This document shows, piece after piece, positions 39,001 to 49,900 of a stretch of 64,000 nucleotides of DNA. A program made the translations under genes and the position numbers. Source of the DNA: Ascidiella aspersa. Its lineage: Eukaryota. The stretch lies in the NCBI GenBank assembly GCA_963924565.1, contig OZ004615.1:6944001-7008000 (forward strand), read 5' to 3'. A model generated the notes under the pieces. The model worked only from the letters and a program-made list of their open reading frames with translations. It did not search any database and was not told where the DNA came from. How positions within the stretch are numbered: the stretch's first letter is position 1; every line of letters begins with the position of its first letter.

Positions 39001-42000
39001 GATACGCCGTTTTAGTATATCCTATACAAATTGAAAACGGTTCCGATCATGGTCATACTTTGGCTGCCCGCCCGCATGTGAACCTTTCAAGCTTAAACGC
39101 ACACAAACAAACACCACTAATTCACTATAGACGTCCAAGCGTGATGTTATCTCTTCTCTCCTTTCCTTTCACACCACAAACTCCCGAGATGCACCCGAGA
39201 TGACCTGAGATTTTGGCTGTAAGTTATACCTGTCGATTTTTAAGGCGCGGTCAGCGACCCCCAACGGCTTCGTTTTTATCTGCTCCGTGGATCTGAATAG
39301 AAGTTCTGGCGGGTCTAGATTGTATCATACGTATACGTATATGTCGGTAGACAAGCGAACAGTCATCGGCCGATATAAACACGCATCAAAAGGTGGAAGG
39401 CTTATCTAACCTTTGGAGCCTAATTTGGCCACTTTAAACAAAGATAGCCTATTTTTCTACCAAGGTTCAGGCTCTAAACCTTGCCTTTTAAGGCGTCCTT
39501 GTTTATACTAGCCCATTGCTGTGTTTTCGAGATCCCTAATGACATGCCAACCTAAAATAGGTGTTACATGCTTTGGAAGGTAGCTGCATAGTCTGTTTTC
39601 TGTAAAGAATGACATCATCTATAAAAGAGACAAAGATTTCCGATATTTGCCGTCATTTTCTAATAAAAATCCTTTTATCGAATCTCGATTTCGCTGGAAG
39701 TATAAACAGGTCTTAATGGCTCCGCATGTGCGTATCCTGTCGGACAACAGAAAACAAAACAAACATTCGGTGGACGATAAACGTGCCCTAAAAGGTTGAA
39801 TTCGTGCGTCTACCCTTTGTCACCCCACGGACAGTTTCCAGCCATTTTTTTGCCACTTCCTATAGTGTAGTGCTACGACCGATTTCACTTGAACGCGCAT
39901 CTTGATATATCTCGTTGTTTACCGACGATTTTTTGGAACAACGCCTGGCACAAGCGCACAACACAGCTGCTGACGATACCGCAATATATACATATTAACT
40001 CTGACGTCTATCGTGTGGTACCACATTGTTTACATGGAGATACAAAGAATGTAATGGTGTTCTTTCTCCTGTTTTCCCGGGCTCACACATGTCTCTAGAA
40101 TTCACAAAAGTGTATTACGAGATGGTGGTTGTTGTTCTTTCCTACCAGTTCAAATCGTAGAAGCGAACGCTTTGTGCAAGAGTTTCATTCCTAAAAGTGG
40201 CTTGCATATATTGCGCGATCTTTAACCTACACATTTTTATTGTCTATAGCCAATGTACCGCGTGTTGCCTCGGCCTGGAATCGAACCCCAGATATGTGGA
40301 ATTTTAACCATGCAACCTAAACAGAGCAGTGGTTCCCAACCTGTTAGATATACGGGACTCTAAAAAAGTCAAAACCACACGCATGAACGATGTATTAATG
40401 TCTGTAAATATTGTTGATTTTTCTGCTCTTATCGCACGCGAACAATTTGTGTTAAATGGCTTACCAACTGAGCAAATCTCAGAATCGCCCAACGGTATCT
40501 CCTCACTTCACGAAGAGGCTATTCTCCCGAACACCAAGCTGGTTCCTTGTTTTACTCGGGTTCAAATCGACATATAATAATCACTAACAGGTGCAAGCGT
40601 AAATGAGCTATCCGGTGAAATAGCCTAAAGGCACCTTAAGAGGCTATATACCCGACTAACAAAGTAATTTAAATCGATGCCAAAAAAAAAATTAGGATTA
40701 TGTAACTTTTTTGGAACCCCAACCCTAACCCCCAATCGCTAAGAACCCCAACCCTAACCCAAATCAATAAATAATCACGTACCGGCGCAAGCGAAAAAGA
40801 GCAATCCAGTCAAATAGCCACTTCCTCAGGAAACATAGCATTCCGGTTGCAAAAACAGCTAATATTATTTGTAACGACAAGCATCAACGTGTGTATGTTT
40901 CCTCATAGATCGCCGTCTACGGTAAGAACTTCTGCTGGTCGGCCAAGGAGGCATTCAAGTTGCTCATGCGTAACATCATCCGCGTGGCGGTCGTTGACAA
41001 GGTCACTGACTTCGTGCTCTTTATCGGTAAGTTGGGCGCCGTCCGATAAATATATTTTAGACTAATTTATTGCGTACCTGCTTTGCACAGTTTATTTTGA
41101 TTGTTTCTGTGTGTGTTTTAACTGGGCACCTTGTTGGCGTAACACTTGTGACCCATGTTTAAACGTTAAATTAAAGTCGGTCTAATTGAGGGTTAAATAT
41201 TTGTTTGCGCTTTAATATTTCATGTTGTTTTCTCAAAACCAGTCAAATCATTTGAATAATTAGCCGGAATCTGACTCAAGTTAATTTTCTCGGCCAGAGT
41301 CGGACTTTTAATCAACTCCACAACCTTGCTTTCATGAACTCCAAAGCCCCTGCGCTTTTAAAGTGGTCAATGTTGAGTGGTGATGTTACATGCTTTACCA
41401 GAAAATATTTGACTTTTCGCGAGCCATAAGTGCTTGTGTTGGCGATTTAAAACCGATAGCATGAAAACTATTTGTCAAGTCCCTTATCGTTTCAAGCATA
41501 GATTTAGGCCTAACCTTGATTCTTAACGACGTCTTTATCAATCGTTGCATTAGTATATTTAGGGCTTCTGGATTTATAACGAGATTGCTATCGGTAGAGT
41601 TGTCAAAAATGACTTGTTACATACCGTAAGTTAGATGTTGGGATAGTTTTGACCCGCTTTTGAAAGGTTAACCCAGTGGTTCTCAACCGGGATGCCGCGG
41701 CACCAAGAGGTGCCATTTCCAATGCCTAAGGGTGCCGAGATATTTAAGAATCTGATTTTTGTCCAGCTCTTACAACTTTTTGTGTAGGATTAGAGTAGAA
41801 TAAATCTAATTAAAACTTCCTACGTTGTGTAGAGTTAATTGATGTGCGTTGTTCCAGTTCCGTTTTTGTGATATCCTAGTTATTTACCTACGGAAAAATC
41901 TTATGGAGGCCGCAATATATTTATTAATTTTTAGGGGTGCCGCTGGCCACAAAAGGCTGAGAACCACTGGGTTAACCTATGTCTGTCTGGGTTGGGAAAC

Positions 42001-43982
42001 CACTTAAGTTTAATCAACCAATTTCCTTTGCTTAAAATTCCAAGCCCCAATGCTGTATTTGTGCCGCACATAACGCGCTACGTTTGTATCACAGGCAAGC
42101 TGGTGGTGACTGTGGGCATGGCAGCCCTTTCCTGGGCATTCTTCACCAACAAGTTTCAGTCGGTTGAGATCTTCATCGCTCCCAAACTAAACTATTACTG
42201 GATGCCGATTATCGTGAGTTCATCCTCTTCACTTTACTCTTTGAATTTTTCTCAACAAACGTTATATACGTTGAAATAAGTAGTGTTTTTGCCAGTGTTA
42301 CAATCAAGCCATTTGAAATAACATGTCCATGTCAAGCTATTTGCATTTCAATATCAAGCCAAGTGGAGTTTTTATAACACAAAAAAAGTTTTATCGTTTG
42401 TCACGGAGATTACAATTTCCAAATAAATTGACCTTCGAAAGTATTTTTTAGGCCACTTAGAACATACTAATGCAACAAAATAGGCAAATAATGCAGCACA
42501 AAATTGCCCATTACTGTTTTCTGTTGAATGATTTTCGTCGAAAACGGATTGAATTCGTCTTTTCTGCTAACAAAGCCGAATTGCAGTGCGTGTTTTTACC
42601 TAAACTCAGCAGCTCGCCAAATTGCTTTCTGCGGTTGCGGCCGGTTCACAGTTCACCTTATTTCCAAACAATTTCTCGCGCAGATGATCGGAGTTGCGGC
42701 CTACTTCGTCGCCGCCGGATTCTTCAACACGTTCGGAATGGCGGTCGACACCATTTTCCTCTGCTTTCGTAAGTGCTTTTTGCATTGTATACACGCAAAG
42801 GCACTTTGCCTGAGCGAATGCAGGTGTAGCGGGCGTGAAACACGCGTTTCGAAACTTCATACGGCGTTCTTTGCGACGTGCTAACTCCCCAAGTCGGACA
42901 AACGCGAGTCTAATAGCGTGTTCCTAGCTGATTATTCAATTACGTCTATTTTGTTAAGTTTGTAATTTCCTTTCTTCTCAATTCTTAGAAAGTCAATTTA
43001 CCCCTGTTTTCTGTACTATAGCGTTTTAAAGATTTTCTAGTATATAGTTGATGCTGGAATCCTTACAAATATCACATTTCCCCTTTTAGACTTTGTACAC
43101 CGTGTTTGTTATAGGGTAAGGCATCCTAAAAAAAACCTTAATAGGAAAAATGTGATAAAATTGTACATTTTAAAAATGCATTTCTCATAATTTGATGAAA
43201 ACAACAGACTTACATCCAAGCTAATTCGGCGCCACTCTTACTCACCAAACAAAAATTTGCGGCAGGGGACTGAATTTTCTAAATTCGCTTGGGGATTATT
43301 ATGCAATGATCCGGATCGTAACAAAAATCTGTTTACGCGGTTTCCACAAGGCTAATCAACTGGAATGCCTTAGTTAAAACTTTAGCTTGAGTTTCGCAAA
43401 GGGCCTTTAAATATGACGTCAAAGTTTACTGTTATTAGGTGGCCCAATGATCCTGAATGTTCTCCCTAAATATGCCTATAGTGCTCAAATCCGGTAAAAA
43501 ATGCTTGTATTGTTTCGTTTAAATGCTGATCGGTCAGCGTTACATTAGTCGAACACAATACTGCGCAAAGTTCCATATACGACACGCGTTTCTTCATATT
43601 GTTTAAACCAGGGCTTTCTAAACTTCCCAGTCTGCGATCCTTTTTAACTCCCCAAAACTTCACCACCATTGACGTTTGATATGAACAAAATATTTTTTAG
43701 TTTTTTTGCTTTTGATGGGTTTGTTGACGTAATGTGTTTGAAATCGTTTTTCAACTTTTATATATTAAAGATCTAAAAATTACCTTAAAAATGTGCGAGG
43801 TGGTGCGACCGGCTGATTTGTTGTTTTTCAAAAACACCTGTGTTTGTTACGTCACAGTGGAGGACCTGGAGCGTAACGACGGCAGCGAGCAGAAGCCTTA
43901 TTTCATGAGCAAGGGCCTGAGGGAAGTGCTCGGCAAGAAGAACAAAAAGCCCAAGAAGAAGAAGCGAAAGGACAGCGAGTGA
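8977..43982 (+). CDS. SLC44A2: Choline transporter-like protein, SLC44A2/4/5 (CTL2/CTL4) type, 760 aa, 19 coding exons
   Basis: Family motifs [121 protein letters not shown]. All 18 introns are GT-AG with consistent phases; total 2283 nt. Probably pro-orthologous to SLC44A2/A4/A5, so the symbol is approximate. Confidence 0.95.
11390..11512 (+). CDS. SLC44A2: SLC44 exon 2 ([21 protein letters not shown] + TM1)
   Basis: TTTTCGCAG acceptor, GTAAGT donor, conserved motif. Confidence 0.95.
11541..11710 (+). mobile_element. Short fold-back retroelement-like repeat, copy 1 (hammerhead-like core)
   Basis: About 42-bp inverted arms (11572-11615 / 11672-11712); flanking direct repeat AACCATGCTT; homologous to 21073-21184 and 38678-38834. 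Confidence 0.75.
12953..13043 (+). CDS. SLC44A2: SLC44 exon 3 (AWLNGDP...[11 protein letters not shown])
   Basis: AG/GT boundaries, phase 1->2, conserved motif. Confidence 0.93.
13519..14118 (+). repeat. Tandem array, 123-bp unit, about 4.7 near-identical copies, in SLC44 intron 3
   Basis: Unit marker GTCGC at 13536, 13659, 13782, 13904, 14027. Confidence 0.95.
14141..14225 (+). CDS. SLC44A2: SLC44 exon 4 ([10 protein letters not shown]...QCPTTQ)
   Basis: AG/GT boundaries, phase 2->0. Confidence 0.93.
14728..15006. mobile_element. hAT (Buster/Charlie-like) MITE
   Basis: CAGTGGTTCTCAACC start, degenerate GGTAACACTG end, flanks GTATTGGT/GTATAGGC. Confidence 0.65.
15061..16952. mobile_element. 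hAT MITE (same family as 41674-41969) interrupted by a nested element
   Basis: TIR-like ends, perfect TSD GTATATCT, halves align to the uninterrupted copy at 41674-41969. Confidence 0.88.
15279..16854. mobile_element. Non-autonomous hAT element (1.58 kb) nested in a MITE
   Basis: Perfect TIRs CAGGGTGGTCCAA / TTGGACCACCCTG, perfect TSD TTCTAGTG, subterminal GCGGGCC(A) repeats, no transposase ORF. Confidence 0.92.
17044..17259 (+). CDS. SLC44A2: SLC44 exon 5 (ICVQTCP...NNSR)
   Basis: AG/GT boundaries, phase 0->0, GC3-rich. Confidence 0.92.
17541..17795 (+). mobile_element. tRNA-derived SINE
   Basis: A-box-like TATCTTAGTTGG, B-box GTTCGAACC (17590-17598) at tRNA spacing, non-tRNA body, TATGTA-type tail. 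Confidence 0.7.
18006..18164 (+). CDS. SLC44A2: SLC44 exon 6 (GHCAPYY...SRCIP)
   Basis: AG/GT boundaries, phase 0->0. Confidence 0.9.
18180..18537. mobile_element. hAT-type MITE 15 nt downstream of exon 6
   Basis: CAGTATTTCTTAA / CTAAGAAGCACTG ends; TSD TTGTAATA/TTCTAATA. Confidence 0.7.
18803..19673. mobile_element. hAT-type MITE with internal duplication
   Basis: CGGTGGTTTTCAACC / GTTGAAAAGCACTG ends; TSD TTTTAGCG/CTTTAGCG. Confidence 0.7.
20271..20404 (+). CDS. SLC44A2: SLC44 exon 7 ([15 protein letters not shown])
   Basis: AG/GT boundaries, phase 0->2. Confidence 0.92.
21073..21184 (+). mobile_element. Fold-back repeat, copy 2 (core deleted)
   Basis: Homologous to 11541-11710; flanking direct repeat CCTAAG. 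Confidence 0.7.
21315..21456 (+). CDS. SLC44A2: SLC44 exon 8 (TM segments, [10 protein letters not shown])
   Basis: AG/GT boundaries, phase 2->0. Confidence 0.93.
21715..21950. repeat. Degenerate tandem repeat of about 60 bp, about 4 copies
   Basis: Recurring GCAAGATAT..AAAAATGTTAAACTGTTTTGAC..TTT..AAAATATA. Confidence 0.75.
22093..22195 (+). CDS. SLC44A2: SLC44 exon 9 ([10 protein letters not shown]...TWLAF)
   Basis: AG/GT boundaries, phase 0->1. Confidence 0.92.
22642..22741 (+). CDS. SLC44A2: SLC44 exon 10 ([18 protein letters not shown])
   Basis: AG/GT boundaries, phase 1->2. Confidence 0.94.
23325..23499 (+). CDS. SLC44A2: SLC44 exon 11 ([10 protein letters not shown]...LASTGDPQY)
   Basis: AG/GT boundaries, phase 2->0. 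Confidence 0.94.
23542..23801. mobile_element. MITE with CAAGT subterminal repeats
   Basis: CACTGTTGTAA / TTACAACACTG ends; flanks GAGAAACC/GAAAAACC. Confidence 0.6.
24181..24260 (+). CDS. SLC44A2: SLC44 exon 12 (KCIFTKYGG)
   Basis: AG/GT boundaries, phase 0->2. Confidence 0.9.
24319..24727. mobile_element. hAT (Buster/Charlie-like) MITE
   Basis: CAGCGGTTCTCAACC / GGTTGAGAACCACTG; perfect TSD GTTTAGAT; another MITE-like end (CATTGGTCGGCAAAC) starts right after the TSD. Confidence 0.9.
26075..26172 (+). CDS. SLC44A2: SLC44 exon 13 ([12 protein letters not shown])
   Basis: AG/GT boundaries, phase 2->1. Confidence 0.93.
26615..26978. mobile_element. hAT (Buster/Charlie-like) MITE
   Basis: CAGTGTTTCTTAACC / GGTTAAGAACCCCTG; flanks GACTATAA/GACTACAG; GTACCCC repeats. 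Confidence 0.8.
27032..27119 (+). CDS. SLC44A2: SLC44 exon 14 ([13 protein letters not shown])
   Basis: AG/GT boundaries, phase 1->2. Confidence 0.95.
27576..27774 (+). CDS. SLC44A2: SLC44 exon 15 ([10 protein letters not shown]...NRNAYIM)
   Basis: AG/GT boundaries, phase 2->0, signature motif. Confidence 0.96.
29591..29622 (+). promoter_or_regulatory. Tandem TCF/LEF sites (AAGATCAAAGCCGCAT x2)
   Basis: Perfect 16-bp direct repeat, each with the optimal TCF site AGATCAAAG. Confidence 0.45.
38678..38834 (-). mobile_element. Fold-back repeat, copy 3 (best hammerhead-like core)
   Basis: Reverse-orientation homologue of 11541-11710; flanking direct repeat GTAAAGTAAAATA. Confidence 0.75.
40240..40325 (-). 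mobile_element. Probable tRNA-derived SINE head fragment
   Basis: Minus-strand B-box GGTTCGATTCC with an upstream A-box-like TAGGTTGCATGG; no full cloverleaf. Confidence 0.4.
40909..41026 (+). CDS. SLC44A2: SLC44 exon 16 (IAVYGKNFC...[10 protein letters not shown])
   Basis: AG/GT boundaries, phase 0->1, continues the motif across the 13.1-kb intron. Confidence 0.95.
41674..41969. mobile_element. Intact hAT MITE (296 bp)
   Basis: CAGTGGTTCTCA / TGAGAACCACTG TIRs, perfect TSD GGTTAACC. Confidence 0.92.
42095..42213 (+). CDS. SLC44A2: SLC44 exon 17 (GKLVV...LNYYWMPII)
   Basis: AG/GT boundaries, phase 1->0. Confidence 0.94.
42684..42768 (+). CDS. SLC44A2: SLC44 exon 18 ([10 protein letters not shown])
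   Basis: AG/GT boundaries, phase 0->1. Confidence 0.95.
43858..43982 (+). CDS. SLC44A2: SLC44 exon 19 ([10 protein letters not shown]...KDSE*)
   Basis: CACAG acceptor, conserved C-terminal motif, TGA at 43980-43982. Confidence 0.95.
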
Positions 43983-46900
43983 GCCAAGTTGCGAGTCTGC
44001 CCAAATTATGCGTTTGTTTGTGTGCTTTTTTTGTTTTACATTTAGTTAAGGTCGGCAAGGCCGGTAAAAAAATCATCTTTCAAACTCTTCCCGTTACCTT
44101 TAAAGTCCCTATAGTTTAATATGAATGTTGTATCGAATGCTTGAATTTTTGTCAGCAAATTTTGTTCTTTTGAAATCCAAAACTGTTTAATAACAACAGA
44201 ATCTAATGCGTTGGGCACATTTCACACAATTTTTTTTTAATTTTTCGAGTATTTTAAATATGATACTCCAACTGATACCCGTACTACACGTAGCGTCGTA
44301 GTGTCTGTATAATTATTGCTCCTTTTGTTCAATGAGCGAATTGATAATCCCGCCCGTTATGAACTTTGTAAATAATATTTTACGTGCATTACCACCCACT
44401 AATCTATTGCATTGTGACAGGCTTTACTGACATGCATTCTCGTTCAAATTACTATTTGCTTTATTGTTTGAAAATCAAAGATATTGCGTGCGCTTAACTT
44501 GCATTGTAACCGCCATACACTTAAAACAACGAATGCGCTGGCGTTTTAGCCGTAATTCCATGACCGATTTTTTTAGGTTAATCGACTATTTGTTTTTAAA
44601 TTTCAATCACACGCAAGATATCCCCATTTTTTTAAAAATATATTATCGCCACATTTCTTCACTGTGAAAAATATTTTTTCGCTTTTAAACACAAATCCTG
44701 GACTTTTTGGTACTTTTTCTAAAAAAAACGTTGCTATTGATTTTTTGCAGTTGTGCTAGATTAAATGTCCGTTGGTTGAACAAATCCATGATAACTTTTG
44801 GGCACTATTTTTTTCACCTAAGAGAGCTCCATTTTTACGTTTTGTGGAATGCTGTCGTAACATCGTACTAATCCTCAAAATTTGCTATTTTTGCTAAGTT
44901 TTTTTTTCATTCTTCACATCAAATGTTACTGGGAGCATTCAGTGATTATTCGACTAAAAAATTGTGATATTTATTGTTATTTTCCTTAGTGTTGTAGAAT
45001 CGTGAAAATCGGTTGACCTTTGTCATGTTTTCAAAGATTGAGCGTATTTTTGTTGTAGAGGAATCAATTGAACGATCTTTCATTTTTTGCCTTCTTAAAG
45101 CTCCGTTTGTTTGAAATGCTTTTGAAAAAATGCAAATATTGCAAATATTTACGATTTGGTTGTGCTTTTGTGAATCACAGAAAAGTACTTTGTTTTTTAA
45201 TCTTGTCCATTGCGCTGTACATATTTACTTAGTTTTCTTGGCTTTGTATAGTATGAATAACAATATAGTGTGCTGATGCTTTTTCTAAAAGTGCCTTTTA
45301 TAAAATGACGCCACACTTACTAAAAATAACGAAAACCCTAATTAGAATACATTATACTTTCAGTAACTCTCCCTTAGTAACATTCCGCCATAAAATTACC
45401 GAGGTGTTAATCGATTTTCTTTCTTGAACATCGTATGCTTCAACAATTATTGTATTTCTAGCGTTTTTACTTTAAACCATCATACCTAAAAAAAACATGA
45501 TAAAATCCACGTCGAAATTTGACATTCACAGCGTCTACTGTGTATGTCACTCAACTCCATTTTTCGGTGGCGCTTGTGTGCAAAATGTCCATGACGCGCG
45601 AATTCACGGTCGACGACATTTGCGGTTTCTTTTCGCGTGGCGCCCGTTCATAGCTTCAATATTAAAACACAAAAAATGGTAGAGACATAAGCACGAGTGG
45701 TCGTTTTGCGAGTTCAGCGATAGGAGGGAGGAGAAAAACTGGTCAGTTAAAAGGCCGGCTCCCGTCTTCCACCCTATTTTATCTCTTTGACTAAGTGCAG
45801 GTTGGGAAATCAGCTGATTTTCAGTCAGCTGTGCGAATTGGCCAAGTGTCGAAAGTTGCACAAAATAGCTGTCAAAAAACAAGGCCTGGAGCTTTAGGAA
45901 CAGTCCGCTAAACTTCTGTGATCAACTGGTTAAAATACGATTCGCAGTTTTTGAAATTCGAATTGTGATTTATGTTGACCAACCAGGCGCGATTGATTGA
46001 TCGCTCGTTTAAGTGAACTTTGAACTGGATCAACGCGAGAAAAACAAAGGCGTTGTGCTAATTTTCGAAAGTCACGTCATCCAGACTTGGCCGAGTGTCG
46101 AACCCAATCGAACCACGGCCGTTTTGAGCGTTGCAAAAATAAACCTCGGCTCCGTTTTAGGGATTTAGGTGCACTGTTTTGGCCTTGGCCCTGCCGGAAT
46201 ACCTCCGGGCAATGCGCAATGACAACTTAATAGCTGGAGCTGTATTTTTACAAGGCCGTTTAAGTTTGCGTTTAGTCAAAACGTGACCGCCCTCATCTGC
46301 TAATATGTTATTATTGCCGCCGAACTATTTCGGGCTATATGGGGACGTTATTAAGAGCGCTCTACAAAGAAGCGGTGGGCCTCGTTTAAAGGCGAAATGT
46401 TGCGATTTTGCTTACAGCCGTTTAATATATATCTAAAAGCTTACAGTTTCTTGCATGTACTGACATGCAGTGGCTCTTGCGTGCCTGATTGACGCCTTTG
46501 TCTTAGGCTTTGACATTGATTTTTTTTGTAATTTCGTGTATTTACAGTTCAAGTCGAGAGTGGGACATCCCAATCCCATAAAATATTGTTTTAGGACTTT
46601 ATGCATTTAATTTAGTCTTCGGGGAACAGTTTGGTTTAACTATACTCGGAATTAGGGCAAACCTAAATATTCAACGAACTGTAAATTTCTAACCACGCTT
46701 AGAACTCTAAACCACCTACTTCTACGTGTCCAAGATAACGTCGTTTCACTGGCGTAAGTTTCTTAAAATTAATCTAAAAATATCGTTTGTATTTCTGGCA
46801 ACAGGCCAAATCGCGCACCTGTTTTTAAAGTAAATATATTCAGCGGGTGTCCGCTTATTAAACCAAGTCTCTTAATAACGCCTACAGTTTACAGACCTTT

Positions 46901-49900
46901 TAAACCAGTCACCCGGCCTTAACGCGTTGTACTAAATTTGGCGCGGTATTTAGTTTATTTTGGCTCCTTGGCTTTTAGTGCTGCCACGCCCGCCTATGGC
47001 ACGAGTGACACACGTTGATTAGCCAGAACAAGAGGCGTGTCTCTTCAAACTCAGGCCGTTAATTCTCTTCAAACCCAGGCCGATAATTTATTTTTCAAAA
47101 GCTCGCCAAGTAGGCCTATAGAAATACTGCTTACAACACCGCTGAGGTTTGAAATGGACGAAGCTTACCTCGTGAAATGGTAAATGAATTGCTTGGAAGC
47201 AGCGTGTCTAAATCTATTGGTATACCTTACCGAGGTGAGAAGTTATTTCTCAAGTTAAAAAACATATGTATGCTATCGATTTTTAGATGGTATTACTTTA
47301 TATGGTATTGAAATTTGCTGCCTTGTAAGGGAAATGAGATCTTTTAATGCTTTCAAATGCGAAGGACCACCAAAGCTCCAGTGATGAGCACGATAATAGC
47401 TGTATAACGTTATCCGATTGTGCACGTCAGATAACGCGAGATATGCCAAGCGTGATTCAAAACTCCTGTCGCCTTTTCATGTCCGCGGAAATAACAGGGG
47501 GCTTATCGTTTGGCATCGCCGTGCGAACCGTGACCTTCAAAAAATGCGCCCTCGCGCAAACTTTGACGAAAAGCCGCCAGCAGCAAGCTTCTGTGCTGTG
47601 TGTCCGGTCGATAGTGGTTATGCACCGCCTTCGCCTACGTGCCTTAATCTGCCACGGCTTTCCGCGAAATCCCGCCTGTTTGCTGCTGCTTGGCCTAAAC
47701 CAGGAGAAAACGTGCTGGCGTAATATTGCGTCGTGTGTAAACCCCGCTAAAAGTCCTAAACGAAGCCTGAGTGTTTGTTGGGAAACAAGAATTTACGAGA
47801 TTAATTTCGCGGCTCGTTTTCCCGACTAAATCCCAAGCCGCAAAGCGTATAAGCAGGTTTTCGAGTGTCGGGCGCCGCCCTCTTGCTTACCGCGTAAAGC
47901 TAAATACACTTGCAAGCGCACCCGAATTAAATGCCCGAGCTTGTATGCAAAACACCAGTGTCAGCGGAATGTCAATGCGCTTATCCGGCAATTAAACAGT
48001 CGCGATGCGAGATTTGACCGCGCCAAAAGAGAATGACCGGACTGTGGCGCTCCGGATGTGGTCGCCGGAGGGCTCGTCACGATTTCGGACAAGCGGCGTT
48101 GTTTCAATCGGGATCAGTCGTGCGATTTGTAATGGCTGTAAAGCATCGCCATAACACTCGTTATCCCAATGTCCTTTCCAGCTAATTACGCGTGATCGAT
48201 GGTTGACCCTACAGCAGGCTGCGAGTGCTCTTTTTCTCGCGCCAGACAAGATTAGCGGTGATGTGCTGGCTTTTGGTAAACAATTGTCGCCGTGGACATG
48301 TCGCGTTGGACGGACGAGTGGACGTACATAATTGCACACCACTGTGCTCGGCAACTTTTGTACGTGGTGGTTATATAGCAGTTAATCTGGTGTTTTCCTA
48401 GCGTCAGCTAACAAGAAATCAAAACCGATGGATCATTTATCACTTTTAATTGTTTGTAGACGCTGGTTTGTGTGTAGCCCTTAAACAAGAGTCTCTTGTC
48501 AAACAAAAACTAAAGTCTCCCACAACCCTTGAGCAGGAAAATACAAATAGTGGCCTCGATTACCCTTTGTGACACTTTATTTTCGTTTGGCATGCTTGGG
48601 TTATATAGTTTTGTATTTGAAAACTAGCTTATAAATCTTGATAATAAGCTACATAGTTTGTTTACTTCAAAACCGATATATAAAATTTAAGGCCGATCGG
48701 TGATACCAGATAAGATTTTAACGTGCTGTGACAGTCGTGAACACCAACAACAAGGCTGTCGGCCGTGTCGGGCAATACACAGGCATAAATGTCTGCAAAT
48801 CTATTCATCGCTGCATACCCGTCTCTCCCCTTTGCACAAATAGATAGATCCCTGTGGAATTGTAATACACATCCACCGTCTACGGTTGCACGACACTCAA
48901 TTTAAGTGCATACTGACATTTGCGAGTTTAAAGTTACCTGGCTTATCGTTTGGGCCGCAACCCTGCCCTAATAGAATTTCCTAAGCCTTACGAATTACAT
49001 TACAACGCGTTAGGATCAGCCAAACTGAGCCCGTAAACAAGCTGAAAGATACCAAATGAAGATTTATGGCAGTAGCTTTCTACCTGTTTACAATTCTCGT
49101 GCTAGACCGAAATAGCGACTAAAATCCTTAAAATCTGTATTAACTGTGCTTAATTTTTTTTTTAATTGGTATCAACTGTGTAAGAAAATGTTGAATCTGT
49201 ATAGCATATTTTAAACATATAAAAAATATTTTTTCTGTAAAAGTTTTATGTAATCATATCTGCATTATCCGTTTTTCCAACATAGAGTTTGTGATTTCAA
49301 ATACATCGTTGTATGTCATCGAAATTCTATACGGACAGGGTGAAAAGTGTTTAAAATTGCTTCCACTCAGGTCTTTTTTCTCGGGTCACATTCCGTGACT
49401 TGAGTTGTGTACGAACGGTGGCGTTCGCCGTGTACAAAACAGAGTCAATCTCATTTGTTAAAGTCAATATTTGTATACAGCTGGCGGTAAGCACTTAAAT
49501 CGCAAACAAGCTTCTTCGCGTATCCTCAAATAACTTGTATTTCTTCGTTCGGCAAGAATGTCTGAGCCCTTTAAAGCCACAGCGTCACGGCGGAGTAAAT
49601 AGTTTCTTAAGGCCGCAAGTTACGTCCAAGGACTATCGGATCTTGGAGATTACCAAGAAATAATCGCTCCGGGCGCTCCAACGTCGTCGTCAGTTCCCAG
49701 AAGTTGGGCACATTCCTCGTGTGGGCTTGGCAATTTGTAGCCTATATACAAGGGCGGCTCGTATAATATGAGCCTCCCGTTCTAGTCTCGGCCGCAGCCA
49801 AGCAGTGACTTGATTTCGCATTAGACGAAACGTCCATCATTTAGCATTGTTCAATGCTTGGTGTTTTTAGCCGACCCAACAAACTTGAATGGCTTTTAAT

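Noticed and set aside
40587-40820. AACCCTAACCC motifs with a 39-bp imperfect direct repeat (telomeric or Helentron-like?)
   Set aside because: Too short and degenerate to call interstitial telomere; element ends could not be defined
40909-40930. GTAAGA donor-like site 13 nt into exon 16
   Set aside because: Falls in the conserved YGKNF codons, and using it would delete essential sequence
8977-43982. U12-type or non-canonical introns, readthrough or selenocysteine signals
   Set aside because: All donors are ordinary GT(A/G) U2 type, there is no in-frame TGA, and stop contexts are unremarkable
47347-48354. 120-160-aa ORFs in the SLC44-IER intergenic region (also 51844..52296, 56420..57391, 59456..59978)
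   Set aside because: No GC3 bias, recognisable domain or convincing exon structure; expected by chance in GC-richer non-coding DNA
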